From the NCBI GenBank assembly GCA_951406725.2, contig OX597836.1, positions 28,954,001-29,018,000 of the forward strand: 64,000 nucleotides of DNA. The letters are read 5' to 3'. The notes beneath the pieces were generated by a model. That model did not search any database. It had not been told where the DNA came from and worked only from the letters and a program-made list of their open reading frames with translations. The stretch comes from Octopus vulgaris. Taxonomy: Eukaryota. The position numbers and the translations under genes were made by a program. Positions 1 through 14,065 of this stretch are shown here, in pieces; the stretch's first letter is position 1, and the number at the start of each line of letters is the position of its first letter.

Positions 1-229
1 CTGAATTCTTGCAACAAGGTGTGTTTAACTGGTCAATACATCAAGTCTGTTGCGTGTGTGTGAGTATATGCATGTGTAAGAGTGTGTGTATGTGTGTGTG
101 TGTGTGCAAAGGTGTTTGTATATATGTATGAGAGTGAGTGTGTGTGTGTGTGCATGCACGTATGGAAGGGAAGAGAGGTAATTATTTTTTGTTCTGTTCC
201 TCCACACTTTGCAGCCATAGTAATTTAGC

Positions 230-582
230 TTTGTGTGTGTGTGTATATATGTATGCGTATGTGCATATATGTATATGTGTGTGTGTATATATATGTATGC
301 GTATGTGCTTATATGTATATGTGTGTGTGTATAAATGTATGCGTATGTGCATATATGTATATATGTGTGTGTATATATGTATGCATGTGTGTATATATGT
401 ATGCGTATGTGCATATATGTATATGTGTGTGTATATGTATGCATATGTGCATATATGTATATGTGTGTGTGTATATGTATGCGTATGTGCATATATGTAT
501 GTGTGTGTATGTTTGTGTGTATGTATGTGTGTGTGTGCATATATGTGTGTGTGTATGTGTACTTGTTTGTATGTGTGTGTGT
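230..582. repeat. Compound (TG/TA) micro/minisatellite with a recurring atatatgtatgcgtatgtgc unit
   Basis: Directly visible; source of the spurious HT/VC ORFs. Confidence 0.9.
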
Positions 583-1035
583 GAAATCGCTCACTAAGCA
601 ACACACCACCACTGCCACCACTACTTTCGCCATCATCTTTGGCCTAACTCCCATTTACACAGCTCCACATCTTAACCACACACACACACGCACACACACA
701 CCATGAACCCGTCCATCCAAATCGATGTTTCGTGTTGGACGCTTATGTTCCCCCGGTGGGTAGTAGTGGAGGTCGTTGGAGTGGTTTGTTGTAAAAGTTG
801 TTATACCAGTGTTGTTTTTGTTGGAAACAACATTATTATTGGGGGGGGGGGAGTAGAATATGATTATTAAAGTATCAGTGATAGTGGTGGTGGTGTTTGG
901 CTCCAGATCAACTTTGGTCAAATTTACAATCAACGGCAATCCAGCCATGACTATCCCATTGTAGTTGTGACTACAGTAGACTACATTAATCCCTATACAC
1001 TGTCCTTTACCAAGATAATGCCTTTTACCCTCTAA

Positions 1036-2252
1036 TTGTTTCAGTCATTGGACTGTGGCCATGCTGGAGCACTGTTTTGAAAGGTTTTTAGTCAGACATA
1101 TCAAACCTTCCCCCTACACACACACAAACACACACACACACTTATTAGTTTTTAAGCCTGCTACTTATTCTGTCAGTTTATTTTTCCAACTTAGTTACAA
1201 GGATGTAAACAAACCAACACTGGTTATCAAGTTGTGAAGAAAGACAAACACACACATATATATCATCATCATCATCATCGCCGTTTAACATCCGCCTTCC
1301 ATGCTGGCATGGGTTTGATTGAGGGCTGGCAGGCCAGAAGGCTGTACCAGGCTCCAGTCTGATCTGGCAAAGTTTCTACAGCTGGTTGCCCTTCCTAACA
1401 CCAACCACTCTAAGAGTGCAGCAGATGCTTTTTATGTGTCACCGACACAAGGGCCAGTTTGGTGGCACTGGCATCGACCACGCTTGAATGGTGCTTTTTA
1501 CATGCCACTGGCACGGGACCAGTCAGGCAGCACTGGCATTGGCCACGACAATGACTTCACTGACTGAGACCGAGACCTCTGGAGATATGCTGTGACTGAG
1601 AAGACCTGGTAAATAAAGTGAGTTCACAGCTGTAACCCACACCAGTGTCACATATCCAGCCCACTCAAAAGTTCCTTGGACCATAGGGTGACATGCCGTA
1701 CTTAAGGAGACCTATTGAATCAAGTACATCAAAATCAAATCAAATCATGTTCAAATGGAAATTGTAGTTGTGATCCCCATGCCAGTGCAACGTAAAAAGC
1801 ACCCCCCGAATGTGGCCAATGCCAGCGCTGCATTAATTGGCTTCCATGCCATTGGCACATAAAAAGCACCATCCGATCGTGGTTAATGCCAGCCCCCTCT
1901 GGCCCCTATGCCAGCGGCATGTAAAAGAGTACCTACTACACTCTCAGAGTGGTTGGCATTAGGATGGGCATCCAGCTGTAGAAACACTGCCAGATTGGAC
2001 TGGAGCCTGGTGCAGCCTCCTGGCTTCCCAGACCCCATTCAAACCGTCTAACCCATGCCAGCATGAAAAACGGGCATTGAATGATGATGATGATGATGGG
2101 CTTCCACGCAGTTTCTGTCTACCAAACTCACTCCCAAGACATTGATTGGCCCAGAGCTCTAGCAGAAGACACTTGCCCAAGGTGTCATACAGTGGGACTG
2201 AACCCAAAATCGCATGGTTGCAAAGCGAGCTTCTTAATTGCTCAGCCGTGCC
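1036..2252 (-). mobile_element. tRNA-derived SINE (family 1) split by two RTE-LINE 3' tails (1263-1560 minus, 1565-2097 plus)
   Basis: 3' half at 1036-1260 and 5' half at 2099-2252 match other family-1 copies; the inserted pieces match the tail at 42190-42785 and end in (GAT)n/(ATC)n. Confidence 0.75.
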
Positions 2253-2896
2253 TATTAATGAGGGTGGTGGTTGTTGCTCTTGTTGTCGTCATTAATAAGC
2301 ATGTTGATGATGATAGTGATGGTAATGATGTTGCCCATCGCTTTCATTGTGTAAAATTTGGTGGTGGCGGCGGCGGCAGCACTGCTGCTGGTGATGATTG
2401 TGGTGGTGGTGGTGGTGGTGGCAGCAAGTGCAGTGTTGCTTTTCCTGCTAATGGTGTTGGCTGTAATGAAGCTGATGGTTTTAGTGTTGTTGTTTTCTAT
2501 GATGACGATGAGGTGGTGGTGGTGGTGGTGTGTTGGTTGCTAAATAAGGTGAGATCTGGACTGGACGCTGCATGTGAGAGGGAGGGCACTTTGTGCTACA
2601 GCTCTGAACACCTACTGACCTTCTGCAAACTGCTCACATTACTCACACTCACTAAATACATTCTGGACTGTGTCCAAAGAAAGGTCATCCAACCTTCACA
2701 CCATCACTGTTGCCATTGCACCATTTCACACAACAGCCTATCTCTCCACCACCTGACCCAACACGCCCCTTAATCCTCTTTTCCATCACCATCATGCCCA
2801 CCTCCACCAAAAGTGTAAACCCTCCTCCCCAAATAAAAACAAACCAACCACTACTCTTGTTTCATCTATAATCAGGTCTTGAATTCAAACAATAGA

Positions 2897-3643
2897 TACA
2901 GCCATGGCTGTGTGGTAAGATGTTTGTTTCCCAACCACATGGTTCCAGGTTCAGTCCCACTGCATGGCACCTTGGGCAAGTGTCTTTTATTATAACCTTG
3001 AGCCAACTAAAGCTTTGAGTGGATTTAGCAGATGGAAACTGAAAGAAGCTCATCATACACACACACACACACACATATATATATGCGCAGGCATTGCTGT
3101 ATGGTAAAAGGCCTGCTTCCCAACCACATGGTTCTAGGTTCAGCCCCACTGTGTGGCACCTTGGGCAGGTGCCTTCTACTATAGCCTCAAGCCAATCAAG
3201 GCCTTGTGAGTGGATTTGGGTGATGGAGACTGAAAGAAGCCCATCGTATATATTACAGATATTTATATATCTTTGTGTGAGTCCCCCATCAGCACCAATC
3301 AACAACTGTTATTGGTTTGTTTGCATCCCTGTAACTTAGCAGTTCAGCAAAATGAGACCAACAGAATAAGTATCAGGCTTCGAAAAGAAAAATATATACT
3401 GGTGCCGATTCATTTGACTGACAGCCTTCAAGGTGGTGCCCCAGTCTGGCCACAGTCCAATAACTGGAATAAGTAAAAGAAAGATAAAAGATAATTGGTC
3501 AAGCATACTTTTAACGACCATTCCTTTGATTCGTTTGACCAACAACCTTCAAGGCAGTTCCCCAGCATGGCCATAGTCCAATAATTGAAACAAGTAAAAG
3601 AAAGTTAAAAGATAATTGGTCAAGCATACTTTTAACGACCATT
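2897..3643 (+). mobile_element. Two SINE family-1 copies; 3' end plus flank tandemly duplicated (~120 bp, 3409-3643)
   Basis: tggctgtgtggtaag...ggttcagtcccactg head (A/B-box-like) twice; aaagataattggtcaagcatacttttaacgaccatt occurs twice. Confidence 0.8.
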
Positions 3644-4120
3644 ATCTGCTGTCCAGTCACATTAGTCACCAAACACAGTCCAGTTACCACTGACCTTACC
3701 TGTTATTTTCTCCCTTTCCAGCTGGTCAACTTCTCTTTCTCTTTCCTCTGGTATCTCAACTCTGCAGTCCAGCCACATTCTATACATTCTACTGGCCAAC
3801 AGGCCTCTTCGGCTCTGTTGTCCAGTTCCTGAGCCAAACTCTTTCCACTGACCTCTTAGCAGTGCTGTCCAGCTACAGTGACTAATTAAAGCAATCAAGT
3901 CCACCAGTTGTGTGTGTATATATATATTAGAAATAGCAGTCCTCTGGCTGCTATTTCTAAAATTTTCGGTATGAAGTCAAGCAACTTGTTGCAAAGACCC
4001 TTATTGTTATAATTATATAAACTTTTACCGAATATGGTCCTTTTCCATACCGTAGTGCAACTAGGTGAAATTTGTTGATTTTATTAAATTAATTATATTT
4101 CACCCTTTATCTGTAATGAT

Positions 4121-4184
<64 letters not shown>

Positions 4185-5392
4185 TGAGGAGGTGCTGACA
4201 AGTTCCTAGCTTTGGCTAAAAGGAAAATACAAGAGGACCAGTTAATTATGATTTTATTCAACATATTCCTCTCTCAGATTCTTATATTTATAGCAGTGGT
4301 CCTTCACTTTTTTAAGCCCTGTGAAAGGAGTCGGAAGGTTGAGCCTCCAACTGGGCCTTTTGTGATACTCTTAAAGCCAGGAACTTTTCAGAACCCTCTT
4401 GTGTGTGTGTGTCTGTTTTTTTCCCTATGGTTTCATAGTATTCCAATTTCCCACCCACCCCAGCCTGGTCCAGTGCTGTGTTGACACTAGAACCGAGTTG
4501 TCTAAGCACTAGTTTGTCTTTGAAATGTTTTTGTTCTTTTCTGTTTTTTTTTTTTGTTGTTGTTTTTTATTTGTTTTTGTATTCCAATGTCTAATAATGG
4601 TTGTGACGGTGGTGGTAGTGATTACTGCATTAGTGGAAGTAGTGTGATAGTACATGTAATGGTGGTGGTGGTGGTAGCAGTAATAGTGATACTAATAATG
4701 GTGGTGCTTGCTATAGTGATGGTGGTAATGGTCATAGTAGTAATGGTAGTGGTGGTGGTGGTGACTGCAGTTGCAGTGGTGACTGCAGTAGCAGTAGTAG
4801 TAATGGTAGTGGTAAATTACTGCTGTGACAGCTATCGTAGTGGGCGGTGGTCTTGGTGCTAGTAATTGCAGTGTTCTGTTGTCGCAAAGTAGAGGATGTA
4901 GTTGTTGTTGTCGTCGTTGTGACGATAGCAGTGGTTGTGTTTGTGTATGTGTGGTGGTGGTGGGCTGTGGTAGAGGAAAGGAAATAGATATATATATAAG
5001 ATAGATTTTGGTTTAAGTGTGGAAGAGGGGGGTTTCCTGTGAGTAGAAAATGAAAATTGGTGCCACTACTTAACGAAAAGAAGTGCGGTGGGGGACAGTT
5101 CTACAAGAGCTTTTTTCTTCTTCTTTCTAGTACAACCTAGTGTCACTCACACATACAAGCACAAACACACACATGCATATACATATATATACATACATAC
5201 ATACATACATATGTATGTGTGTGTATTTATATATATATACATACACACACAAACACAAACATGCAATTTAGATATGCATGTGTGTACACATATATATGTG
5301 TGTGTGTGTACAGATGTGTGTGTACAGATGTGTGTGTACAGATGTGTGTGTACATATGTATAGACATATAAGTGTGTGTGTGTGTATTGTTT

Positions 5393-5806
5393 TATTCTTT
5401 TACTTGTTTCAGTCATTTGGCTGTGGCCATGCTGGAGCACCATATTTAGTCGAGCAAATCGACCCCAGGACTTATTCTTCGTAAGCCTAGTACTTATTCT
5501 ATCGGTCTCTATTGCTGAACCGCTAAGTTATGGGGGATGTAAACACACCAGCATCGTTTGTCAAGCAATGTTGCGGGGAGGCAAACACAGACACAAACAT
5601 ACATGCAAGCACATACATACATATATATATACATACACATACACACGACAGGCTTCTTTCAGCTTCCATCTACCAAATCCACTCACAAGACTTTAGTCAG
5701 CCCGAAGCTATAGTAGAAGACACTTGCCCAAGGTGTCACACAGTAGGACTGAACACAGAGCCATGTGGTTGGTAAGCAAGCTACTTACCACACAGCCACT
5801 CCTGCA

Positions 5807-5810
<4 letters not shown>
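5393..5810 (-). mobile_element. SINE family 1, full length
   Basis: Reverse complement of the 23240-23672 copy. Confidence 0.85.
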
Positions 5811-5847
<37 letters not shown>

Positions 5848-5850
<3 letters not shown>

Positions 5851-6132
5851 CATGACCGACCAGGCTATCAGATGTTGTTAAACATCGCTGGTCACAATGC
5901 GCTTCGCATTGGTTTAGCCTTCAAATGACGCCACCCCGCTGGCTAAGCGAGCAGGCCTAGAGAAGAAAGAGTGAGAGAAAGTTGTGGCGAAAGAGTACAG
6001 CAGGGATCGCCACCACCCCCTGCCGGAGCCTCGTGGAGCTTTAGATGTTTTCGCTCAATAAACACTCACAATGCCCGGTCTGGGAATCGAAACCGCGAGT
6101 CCGCTGCCCTAACCACTGGGCCATTGCGCCTC

Positions 6133-6133
<1 letters not shown>
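5848..6133 (-). mobile_element. tRNA-derived SINE family 3 in a (TA)n tract
   Basis: Matches 25981-26262 (-) and 57917-58200 (+); head ggaggcgcaatggcccagtggttagggcagcggactcgcg...ttcgattccc is tRNA-like. Confidence 0.85.
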
Positions 6134-6176
<43 letters not shown>

Positions 6177-7832
6177 CACACATACATGTATACACATATA
6201 TATATTGTCTGTATGCATGTATATTTTCACATGCACACAAACTGTACCCAGACCTACTTCCCATTTACTTCTGCCATCAAGCTGTTACATAACAAAACTC
6301 TGTACACAGAGAAGACGGTGGTTCCACATGGCCTTACCACTGATTGTGAAAACAAACTTCAAGAAAAAAAAGGAACTAAATAACATTTTTTTTTCTAACA
6401 CTGCCATCATAGCCTTCCACTCACACAAACACTGAGAGATCTACTTCTTTATGATTGACGCTGGCATCCACAAACTGTTATGTAACACAGTTATATATAT
6501 ATAGTTTTTTATATTGCATCATCACACTCTTACATACACACACACATTCTCGCACATACTTATTCTTTTTTCACACACACACATAATATGTACATAGAAT
6601 CACATACATGTAATAATGTATATAAGCGCACACATGCATATAAACACATGTACATAAGCACGCATACAAGGACACACACACTCACACTCACACATTCATA
6701 AGACAGGGAATCTCTGTAAGTCAATCGACCTGCTAGAAATAGCAGCCAAATCACTGTCACATCAGACTTCACCGTCCTACAGGAAAACGAAAAAGTGGGA
6801 CGTCCATGGCTGGAACGCCTTTGATTATAGGATTATTTTGATCAGTGCCAAAGACCTGAAACAACTCGTGTGCGCATACAGATTCACAGATATACTCACA
6901 CAAACACACACATTCGCATACACACACACACACACACACACGCACACAAATATTTCTAATACTTTAGCAGCAGCTGCAAGAATAACAACAACAATAACAA
7001 CAAAGAGACAACCTTTATCAGTGTTGGGTTTCCAAACATCCTTATACATAGCACAGCAGTATGGTTTGGTAGTCTGTAAGGTGATAGCCTCCACCACCGG
7101 CACCACTACCATCATCATCACCATCAGAAGCAGCAACAGCATTATTGCCAGCTTCATCATAACTTCTCTACCATCATCACATCCTCTTATCCACCACCAT
7201 CACCACCACCACCACAGATATCTTTGGGCTGGCTCTAAAGAAATTTATTTTTTATTTTCTTTCCCTGTAATCTTAATCTGGATTTATTCACCCTCACTGC
7301 CACCACCACCACCACCATGACCCTAACCCCATCTCCTCCAACCTACCCCCTCCATCGGTACCACAACACCACCACCACCACTACTGCAGCCATTCTATCA
7401 CTTCTATAGTCACAGCACTATCGTCCACACCACCACCACCATAACAGTTATCATCATCATCGTTGTCATCATTTAACATCCGTTTTCCAAGCTGGCATGG
7501 GTTGGATAGTTTAACAGGTGCTGGCGAACCAGAAGACTGTACCAAGCTCCACTGTCTGCTTTGGTGTGGTTTCTACAGCTGGATGCCCTTCCTAATGTCA
7601 GTCACTTTACAAAGTGTAACTATGTGCTTTTTTATGTGGCACCGGCATTAGTGAGTTCACCAAATAATTTACAGAACAAGATCCTTCAACTGGGGTGGCG
7701 GGGGGGCGAGGAGTAATAATGGAGAAGGTGGTTTTGTGTCAGGAGATGAAAGGTTAATGCATGAATTGAAGGACAGAAATAGGTGTCTTGCTATAGAGGA
7801 GAAACATGGCTACTTCAACAAGAGAGAGATTT

Positions 7833-8250
7833 AAGGTGGCGAGCTGGCAGAATTGTTAGCACGCTGGACGAAATGCTTAGCGGTATTTTGTCTGCCACTA
7901 CGTTTTGAGTTCAAATTCCACCGAGGTCGACTTTGCCTTTCATCCTTTCGGGGTCTATAAAATAGGTACCAGTTATGCACTGGGGTCGATATAATCGGCT
8001 TAATCTGTTTGTCTGTCTTTGTTTGTCCCCTCTGTGTTTAGCCCCTTGTGGGTAATAAAGAAATAGGTATTTCATCTGCCGTTACGTTTTGAGTTCAAAT
8101 TCCGGCAAGGTCAACTTTGCCTTTCATCCTTTCGGGGTCAATTAAATAAGTACCAGTTACGCACTGGGGTCGATATAATTGACTTAATCCCTTTGTCTGT
8201 CCTTGTTTGTCCACTCTATGTTTAGCTCCTTGTGGGCAGTAAAGAAATAA
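7833..8250 (+). mobile_element. SINE family 2 with tandem duplication of its 3' three-quarters
   Basis: gagctggcag...gagttcaaattcc...gcctttcatcctttcggggtc core appears twice; same family at 28186-28645, 40110-40340, 48660-49980 and 60620-60810. Confidence 0.85.
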
Positions 8251-8940
8251 GAGAGAGAGCAGATAGAGAAAAGAGAGAGAGAGCAAATAGGGAAACGAGA
8301 GATAGAGAGAGAAGCTGGTGAAGCTGTGATGGTGGAGTTACATTGCAGTTAGAGGGTGGTGTACGGATGTGCAGTGAGACAAAGTGTTGGAAAGAGAGTG
8401 TATGAGTGGGGAAGTTTACAAGGCTGCAAAAGGCGGGCCTTTTAGGTGGATATGCTGTGGGGAAGAGATTCTACAAGGAGACACTGTGTAAAGGTAGGTT
8501 CATAGGGATGCTAAGGGAGTGTGAGAAACAGAGGGGAAGGGACATACAGCAAATGCTCCTTATTTCCAACCATCTGTCCATGTACCTGAGTGATTGGACT
8601 TGGTCCCTACTTCTTGAGTGTTTGTTGATGCAGTTCTCCTGTTTTACTTATGTCAAAAGTTAGACCCAGACCCTCATGTTTCTGTGAAAACGTTGAAGTC
8701 GCATTAACTGTATGTTTGGTATTGAGTGTTTACTGAAGTTCACTGATTGATGTAGTTGTGGTCTTTACTCTGGCACCGAGTCTACCAGAGTTAAGTAGGT
8801 TGCCCTCTGTGTTGTATGAGAGCAGGACACCATGTTTGAGTTTACCCCTAATGGACTTGAACATATCTGAGAGAGGAAAACGGAAAGGAGAAGAAGGATA
8901 ATCTCCTGCTTTTCTCTTGTTCTCATTTTCAAACCAATTT

Positions 8941-9361
8941 GGGATCTTTTCGGTTTGAACGGCAGTTTTTAACATAATTTCTAGGTAACTAAAAAATTTT
9001 AAACTTCGTATACTGGTAGAATGTGTTTATAAAACATCTTTTTTTCTTGGCTTTATTGAGAAAATTCTATAGTTTGTCAGATATTTGTTGTTTTTTTTCT
9101 TCAATTTCTGCAATTTCAACCAATCACTGACATCTATTGAGGTAAAAAACATTCTGTGCCGTATGAATATGTCCCTCATTTAAGAAACAGATTGGGTTTA
9201 TTTACATTTGTGAAGAAAAAAAGATACCCTTCCCCAACCCTAACTAACCCTAACCCTAAAACAGATTGAAATGCAATAGATCGATACTAGGGTCATAATT
9301 ATGGGTGACAATTTTAAATGACACTGCTAGAAAAAACTGCCGTTCAAACCGAAAAGATCCC
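8941..9361. mobile_element. MITE with perfect 30-bp TIRs and CAATTT target-site duplication
   Basis: gggatcttttcggtttgaacggcagttttt (8941-8970) is the exact reverse complement of 9332-9361; caattt at 8935-8940 and 9362-9367. Confidence 0.92.
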
Positions 9362-9607
9362 CAATTTGTTGTGCAAAGCGATGGTGATAAATTTCTGTGG
9401 TCAGTCAAGTTTGGTCTACACTTTCCACAGGTCACCATGATTCATGAAATCAAATAGCTTAATGAAGTAAAAAAAAAGCCAAGGACAGCAGTTTGTATTG
9501 CTCATAGCATTTCTCCTGTACTTGGAGAGCACAGAAGATCATATTAATAGTGACTGTGGAAGGTCAAAAGCCCAGCCTGAGATTCTGCTCTGATGAGAGA
9601 AATCAGT

Positions 9608-10370
9608 TATTCTTTTATTTGTTTCAGTCATTTGACTGTGGCCATGCTGGAGCACCACCTTTAGTCGAACAAATCAACACCAGGACTTATTCTTTGTAAG
9701 CCTAGTACTTATTCTGTCGGTCTCTTTTGCCAAACAGCTAAGTTACGGGGACATAAACGCACTAGCATTGGTTGTCAAGCGATAGTGGGCAGACAAATAT
9801 GGACACACAATCATACACAGACACACATATATAGGCGCAGGAGTGGCTGTGTGGTAAGTAGCTTGCTAACCAACCACATGGTTCCGGGTTCAGTCCCACT
9901 GTGTGGCATCTTGGGCAAATGTCTTCTGCTATAGCCCCGGGCCGACCAATGCCTTGTGAGTGGATTTGGTAGATGGAAACTGAAAGAAGCCCGTCGTATA
10001 TATGTATATATATATATAAGCGTGTGTGTATATGTTTGTGTGTCTGTGTTTGTCCCCCTAGCATTGCTTGACAACCGATGCTAGGCTTAGTTGGCCCAAG
10101 GCTGTAATAGAAGACACATGCCCAAGGTGCCGACTAAAGGTGGTGCTCCAGCATAGCCGCAGTCAAATGACTGAAACAAGTAAAAGAGTAAAGAGTAAGT
10201 GTAAATATACATATATATAGGACAGGCTTCTTTCAGTTTCCATCTATCAAATCCACTTGAAGGCTTGGTCGGCCTGAGGCTGTAATAGAAGACACTTGCC
10301 CAAGGTGCCATACAGTGGGAAAACCTGGAACCCTATGGTTGGGAAGCAAACTTCTTACCACACAGCCAGA
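9608..10370. mobile_element. Nested, oppositely oriented SINE family-1 copies
   Basis: Minus-strand 3' half 9608-9830, plus-strand rearranged copy 9833-10200, minus-strand 5' half 10220-10370. Confidence 0.8.
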
Positions 10371-12644
10371 CATCTTCCAGTAATTGACAAAACAGATTCT
10401 TCTTAGTTGTCACAATTTGATTAATCTCCTTTATTGAAAAAATCATAATAGTTGCAACTTTAAGATAGCTGACCAGCTTTTCACATTCAGATTAGCAGAA
10501 ACAGCACCGGAAACTTTGTTGTTAATGTTTCATTCTCAAGCTTGTATATCTCAGCCAGGATCTCAACAGACAGAGGTACATTGTTGTTTTCAGGAAGCCG
10601 ACTGCTCTGGTTTAGTTTCTGCAATGTCAGGAGGGGGTAATTGTTCACTAGTGCACTATATGTTATCCAAAGATCTTTTGATGGTTTCACAGTTACAACT
10701 AAGCAAATATTTGGATTGTTCTTTCCACTGATTGTTAACTACTGCTTGTTCTTTCATAACCTTTTTCCCTTGTCTTAACATCTAAAATCTCTACAAGCTA
10801 TTGGGTCTGTTGTACTAAGGCCATAGACTGTTATGGTTACATTAAACAAACATCATGTCATCTACGTCAAGATTTCAGCTGTTTTGGTCTTCCACCAGTT
10901 GTTTCTTCATTATATATCTTTGTTTCTAAACTGAAGCCTTACTCTATTGGCAAGCTTTTGTTTTTGGGCTTCCTACTTTTGTCATTTTGGGAGATATTAA
11001 AAGCCTTTCACCATTGATTACTAAGATGTTTGTTATTGGCTGGCTCTTCTAAAATTATGACCATCTGATATTTATTACAGACTGGGCTGGGCTTGGCTGT
11101 TCTAAAATTTTGGAATACAGGAACATGTGGTCCTGATATCAAAGACAGCAGGGTGTTTGCAAAAGACAGTTCTTAGTTGTTGCATCTGTAGTAACTCAAC
11201 TTCCCATACTGGTACAGGCTTTCTAAAAACAGCATCAAACACTGGCTGGCTAGCTGGACAAATATTTCCTATTTTAGTATGAATGTATACTATATATATG
11301 TGTGTGTGTATTAAGTTAATTTTTCAACAGTTAAGAATTTAAGTATGAATTATATAAGATATTTATGAGCATCAACTCTAAGACAGGATAAAAGGAAGCA
11401 AGCCCTCCCACGGGACTTGAACCGCACATCTGTCACGTACTAGGTGAACACATTACCCAGTCCCATGGGATTAGACAATATGTTTTTCTGCTCTAGATTA
11501 GTACTCATAAATGTCATGCATACACACACACACACATATACACACATATATACACAAACTCATGCATACACATATGTTCATACATATATGTGTGTTTGTG
11601 TTTTATATATGTGTGTGTGTTTTATTTATATATATATTATAGGTACATGTGATTGCTTCACAATCACATGATTCTGGGTTCAGTCCTACTGCATGGCACC
11701 TTGGACAAGTGTCTTTGATTATAGCTTCAGGCCAACCAAAGCCTTGATGACATTTTCGGACAACTGTCTGTCTGTATGTATGTATGTCTGTCTGCTGTCT
11801 CTCCTATTTTTTAATTATTATAAATCTTCCACCAATGATACAAAGATACAAGGCTCCATCTTTGGGATATAGTTAACACAGACAAATTCACATTTGGAAT
11901 TTGAGAAAAGCCTTGCATATTTTTACTGGTGGTCACATTTGGAATGCTTTCAATCATAAATCCTTTAAAGTGCTGAGCCAACTGGTGGCAGGAGCAGAGG
12001 ATGTCAGCCTCAATGCCACCGTCACCGCTACCGCCCACACTTTGGTAAACTGAGTTTCTTTAGTGGTACACCGATGTCACAAGAGAATCAACCGTGTCCA
12101 GCCCACCACCACTACCACCATAATTAGTGTTGAAATTACTACCACTTCCTGCTGTCACCCGTACTGTAGCAGTTACTACCACCACCACCACACTTCCATT
12201 ATCTGTGCTATGATTAATTACCACTACTACTACTATAACAGTTACCAACAACAGCAGACATACTACTACTTTTTCTAGCACAACAACTTCTATTAGAGTT
12301 GCAATTATAAAACTATGCCATCACCACAAGGTTCGCCAGTGCTGCAATTAATACCATTGACACACATACTACTATCTCATCTACTACTATTACCACTAAT
12401 ACTTCCTCTACTATTGCCCCTACTACAGAAATGATCAAAGCTATAATTACCACCCTCACCACTCTCACCTCTATCACAGGAGGTGCAATTATTTCTGAGA
12501 GAGACAAGTGACCCATATCTCCTATTTAAAAATTGTCTCAAATATCAACACAGCACTACCTTTACAAACGCTAACATGCTTACATCATCCCACTACCATC
12601 ACTACCCAAATACTATGTGTCCCTATATATCTAATCCACCAAAC

Positions 12645-12952
12645 ATACCACCACTGGCCCCCAGTATAACATCACAAACCTTAATCTACCTCAACTGGCT
12701 CCCAACTTACTACAACTGGCCCAAACACACCACAACTGATCACAATATAACATCACTAGCCCCAACATAATATCACTAACTCCCACAGACCACAACTGGC
12801 ACCAACATAATACCACTAGCCCCAACACACCACCACTGACCCCAATATAACATCACTAGCCCCCAACTTAATACCACTAGCCCCAACACACCACAACTGG
12901 CCCTGACATAACACCACTAGCCCCAACACACCACAACTGGCCCCAACATATA
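12645..12952. repeat. Degenerate minisatellite (accactagccccaacacaccacaactggccccaacataa-type, ~20/40-bp period)
   Basis: Directly visible tandem units. Confidence 0.85.
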
Positions 12953-13067
12953 ATGAGCAAATAATTTAGGTAGGCTGTGGGCATTAATAAAAGGAAATTA
13001 ACAGACTTCATTGCATTTAAGTAATATGTAAAAATATTTCCACAACAAAATGTGTGTGTGTGTGTGT

Positions 13068-13171
<104 letters not shown>

Positions 13172-14065
13172 TATATGCAATGTGTATGTGTGTTTCTGCA
13201 GTTGTACATAAGTTTTGATTTTCCATGCTTGTCACCACTTGAGCAAAACAGTGGCGATGACATTCCTTGTTGACACTGTGACTGAACTTTCTCTGTTTTG
13301 AAACATCTGACCCATGCTAGCAGAGAAAAATAAATGTAAAATGACAATGAACGTGTGTGTGTGTCAACATATACACCCACAACAACGCTAATAGCTTTGG
13401 AGTAAAATTTAGGATTTCTCGGTTTTCTGTGAATCAATATTTTATAAAACTTTTCCCAGCTGGCTTGCACATTGTTATGTTTTCCTTATTCTGTGGTCCT
13501 GGTGTATGTGTGTGTATGTGTATTCATGTATGTGTGTGTGTGTATATATATATATATATGTATGATATATTAATAAATAAAACATATGCATATATATAAA
13601 CATATATGTACGTACCTACCTCTACATGTATATATACACGCATATATGAGTACAGGACACCAAAAAGACGTCGAACACAATGAGAAACGAAAACATAGAC
13701 ACAAACCCAAGGAACAGGACATTTTTTTAAACAACAAAAAAATAGAGTACAGGACAATTAACACAAAAAAAAACCCCTTCTTCAGTCGCCATGGTTTCAT
13801 CTACTCTACGTTTCGAAGGTGAAGGCGAGACGTATCTTCGATAAGAAACTTTCCTTCCTGCGAAAAGCAAATCAATTAAAATTTGAGATCTTTTCGCAGA
13901 GGGGTAAAAATGGTAACAAAAACAGGACAGTAACGACAGTACAAATTATAAACAGTAAAAGATAGGACAAGGAAAAACAAGATAAGAAGGGCTGTTAACG
14001 CCGAACGAAAAAAAGTATTAATATATATATATGTGTGTGTGTGTGTATGTATGTATTTATGTGTA

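Larger units (their letters stand above)
8560..11250 (-). mobile_element. Decayed RTE-clade LINE reverse-transcriptase region, interrupted by a MITE (8941-9361) and nested SINEs (9608-10370)
   Basis: Minus-strand translations in colinear order: EILAEIYKL; NKGD*SNCDN; ESQAG..INMIFCALQVQEKCYEQ..FDFMNHGDLWKV; GVLLSYNTEGNLLNSGRLGARVKTTTTSISELQ, all typical RTE RT blocks with stops and frameshifts. The outer boundaries are approximate. Confidence 0.82.

Noticed and set aside
25-706. Long ORFs of HT/YI/VC dipeptides (also at 5.1, 13, 16, 20, 29 and 41 kb)
   Set aside because: They are translations of (CA)/(TA)/(TG) microsatellites that lack stop codons in several frames; no splice or protein-family signal.
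13772-13822. Possible permuted hammerhead (minus strand CGAAACGTA...CTGAAGAAG) in the TA-flanked element 13590-14020
   Set aside because: Stem I does not pair and stem II needs multiple G-U pairs; not supportable from this copy alone.
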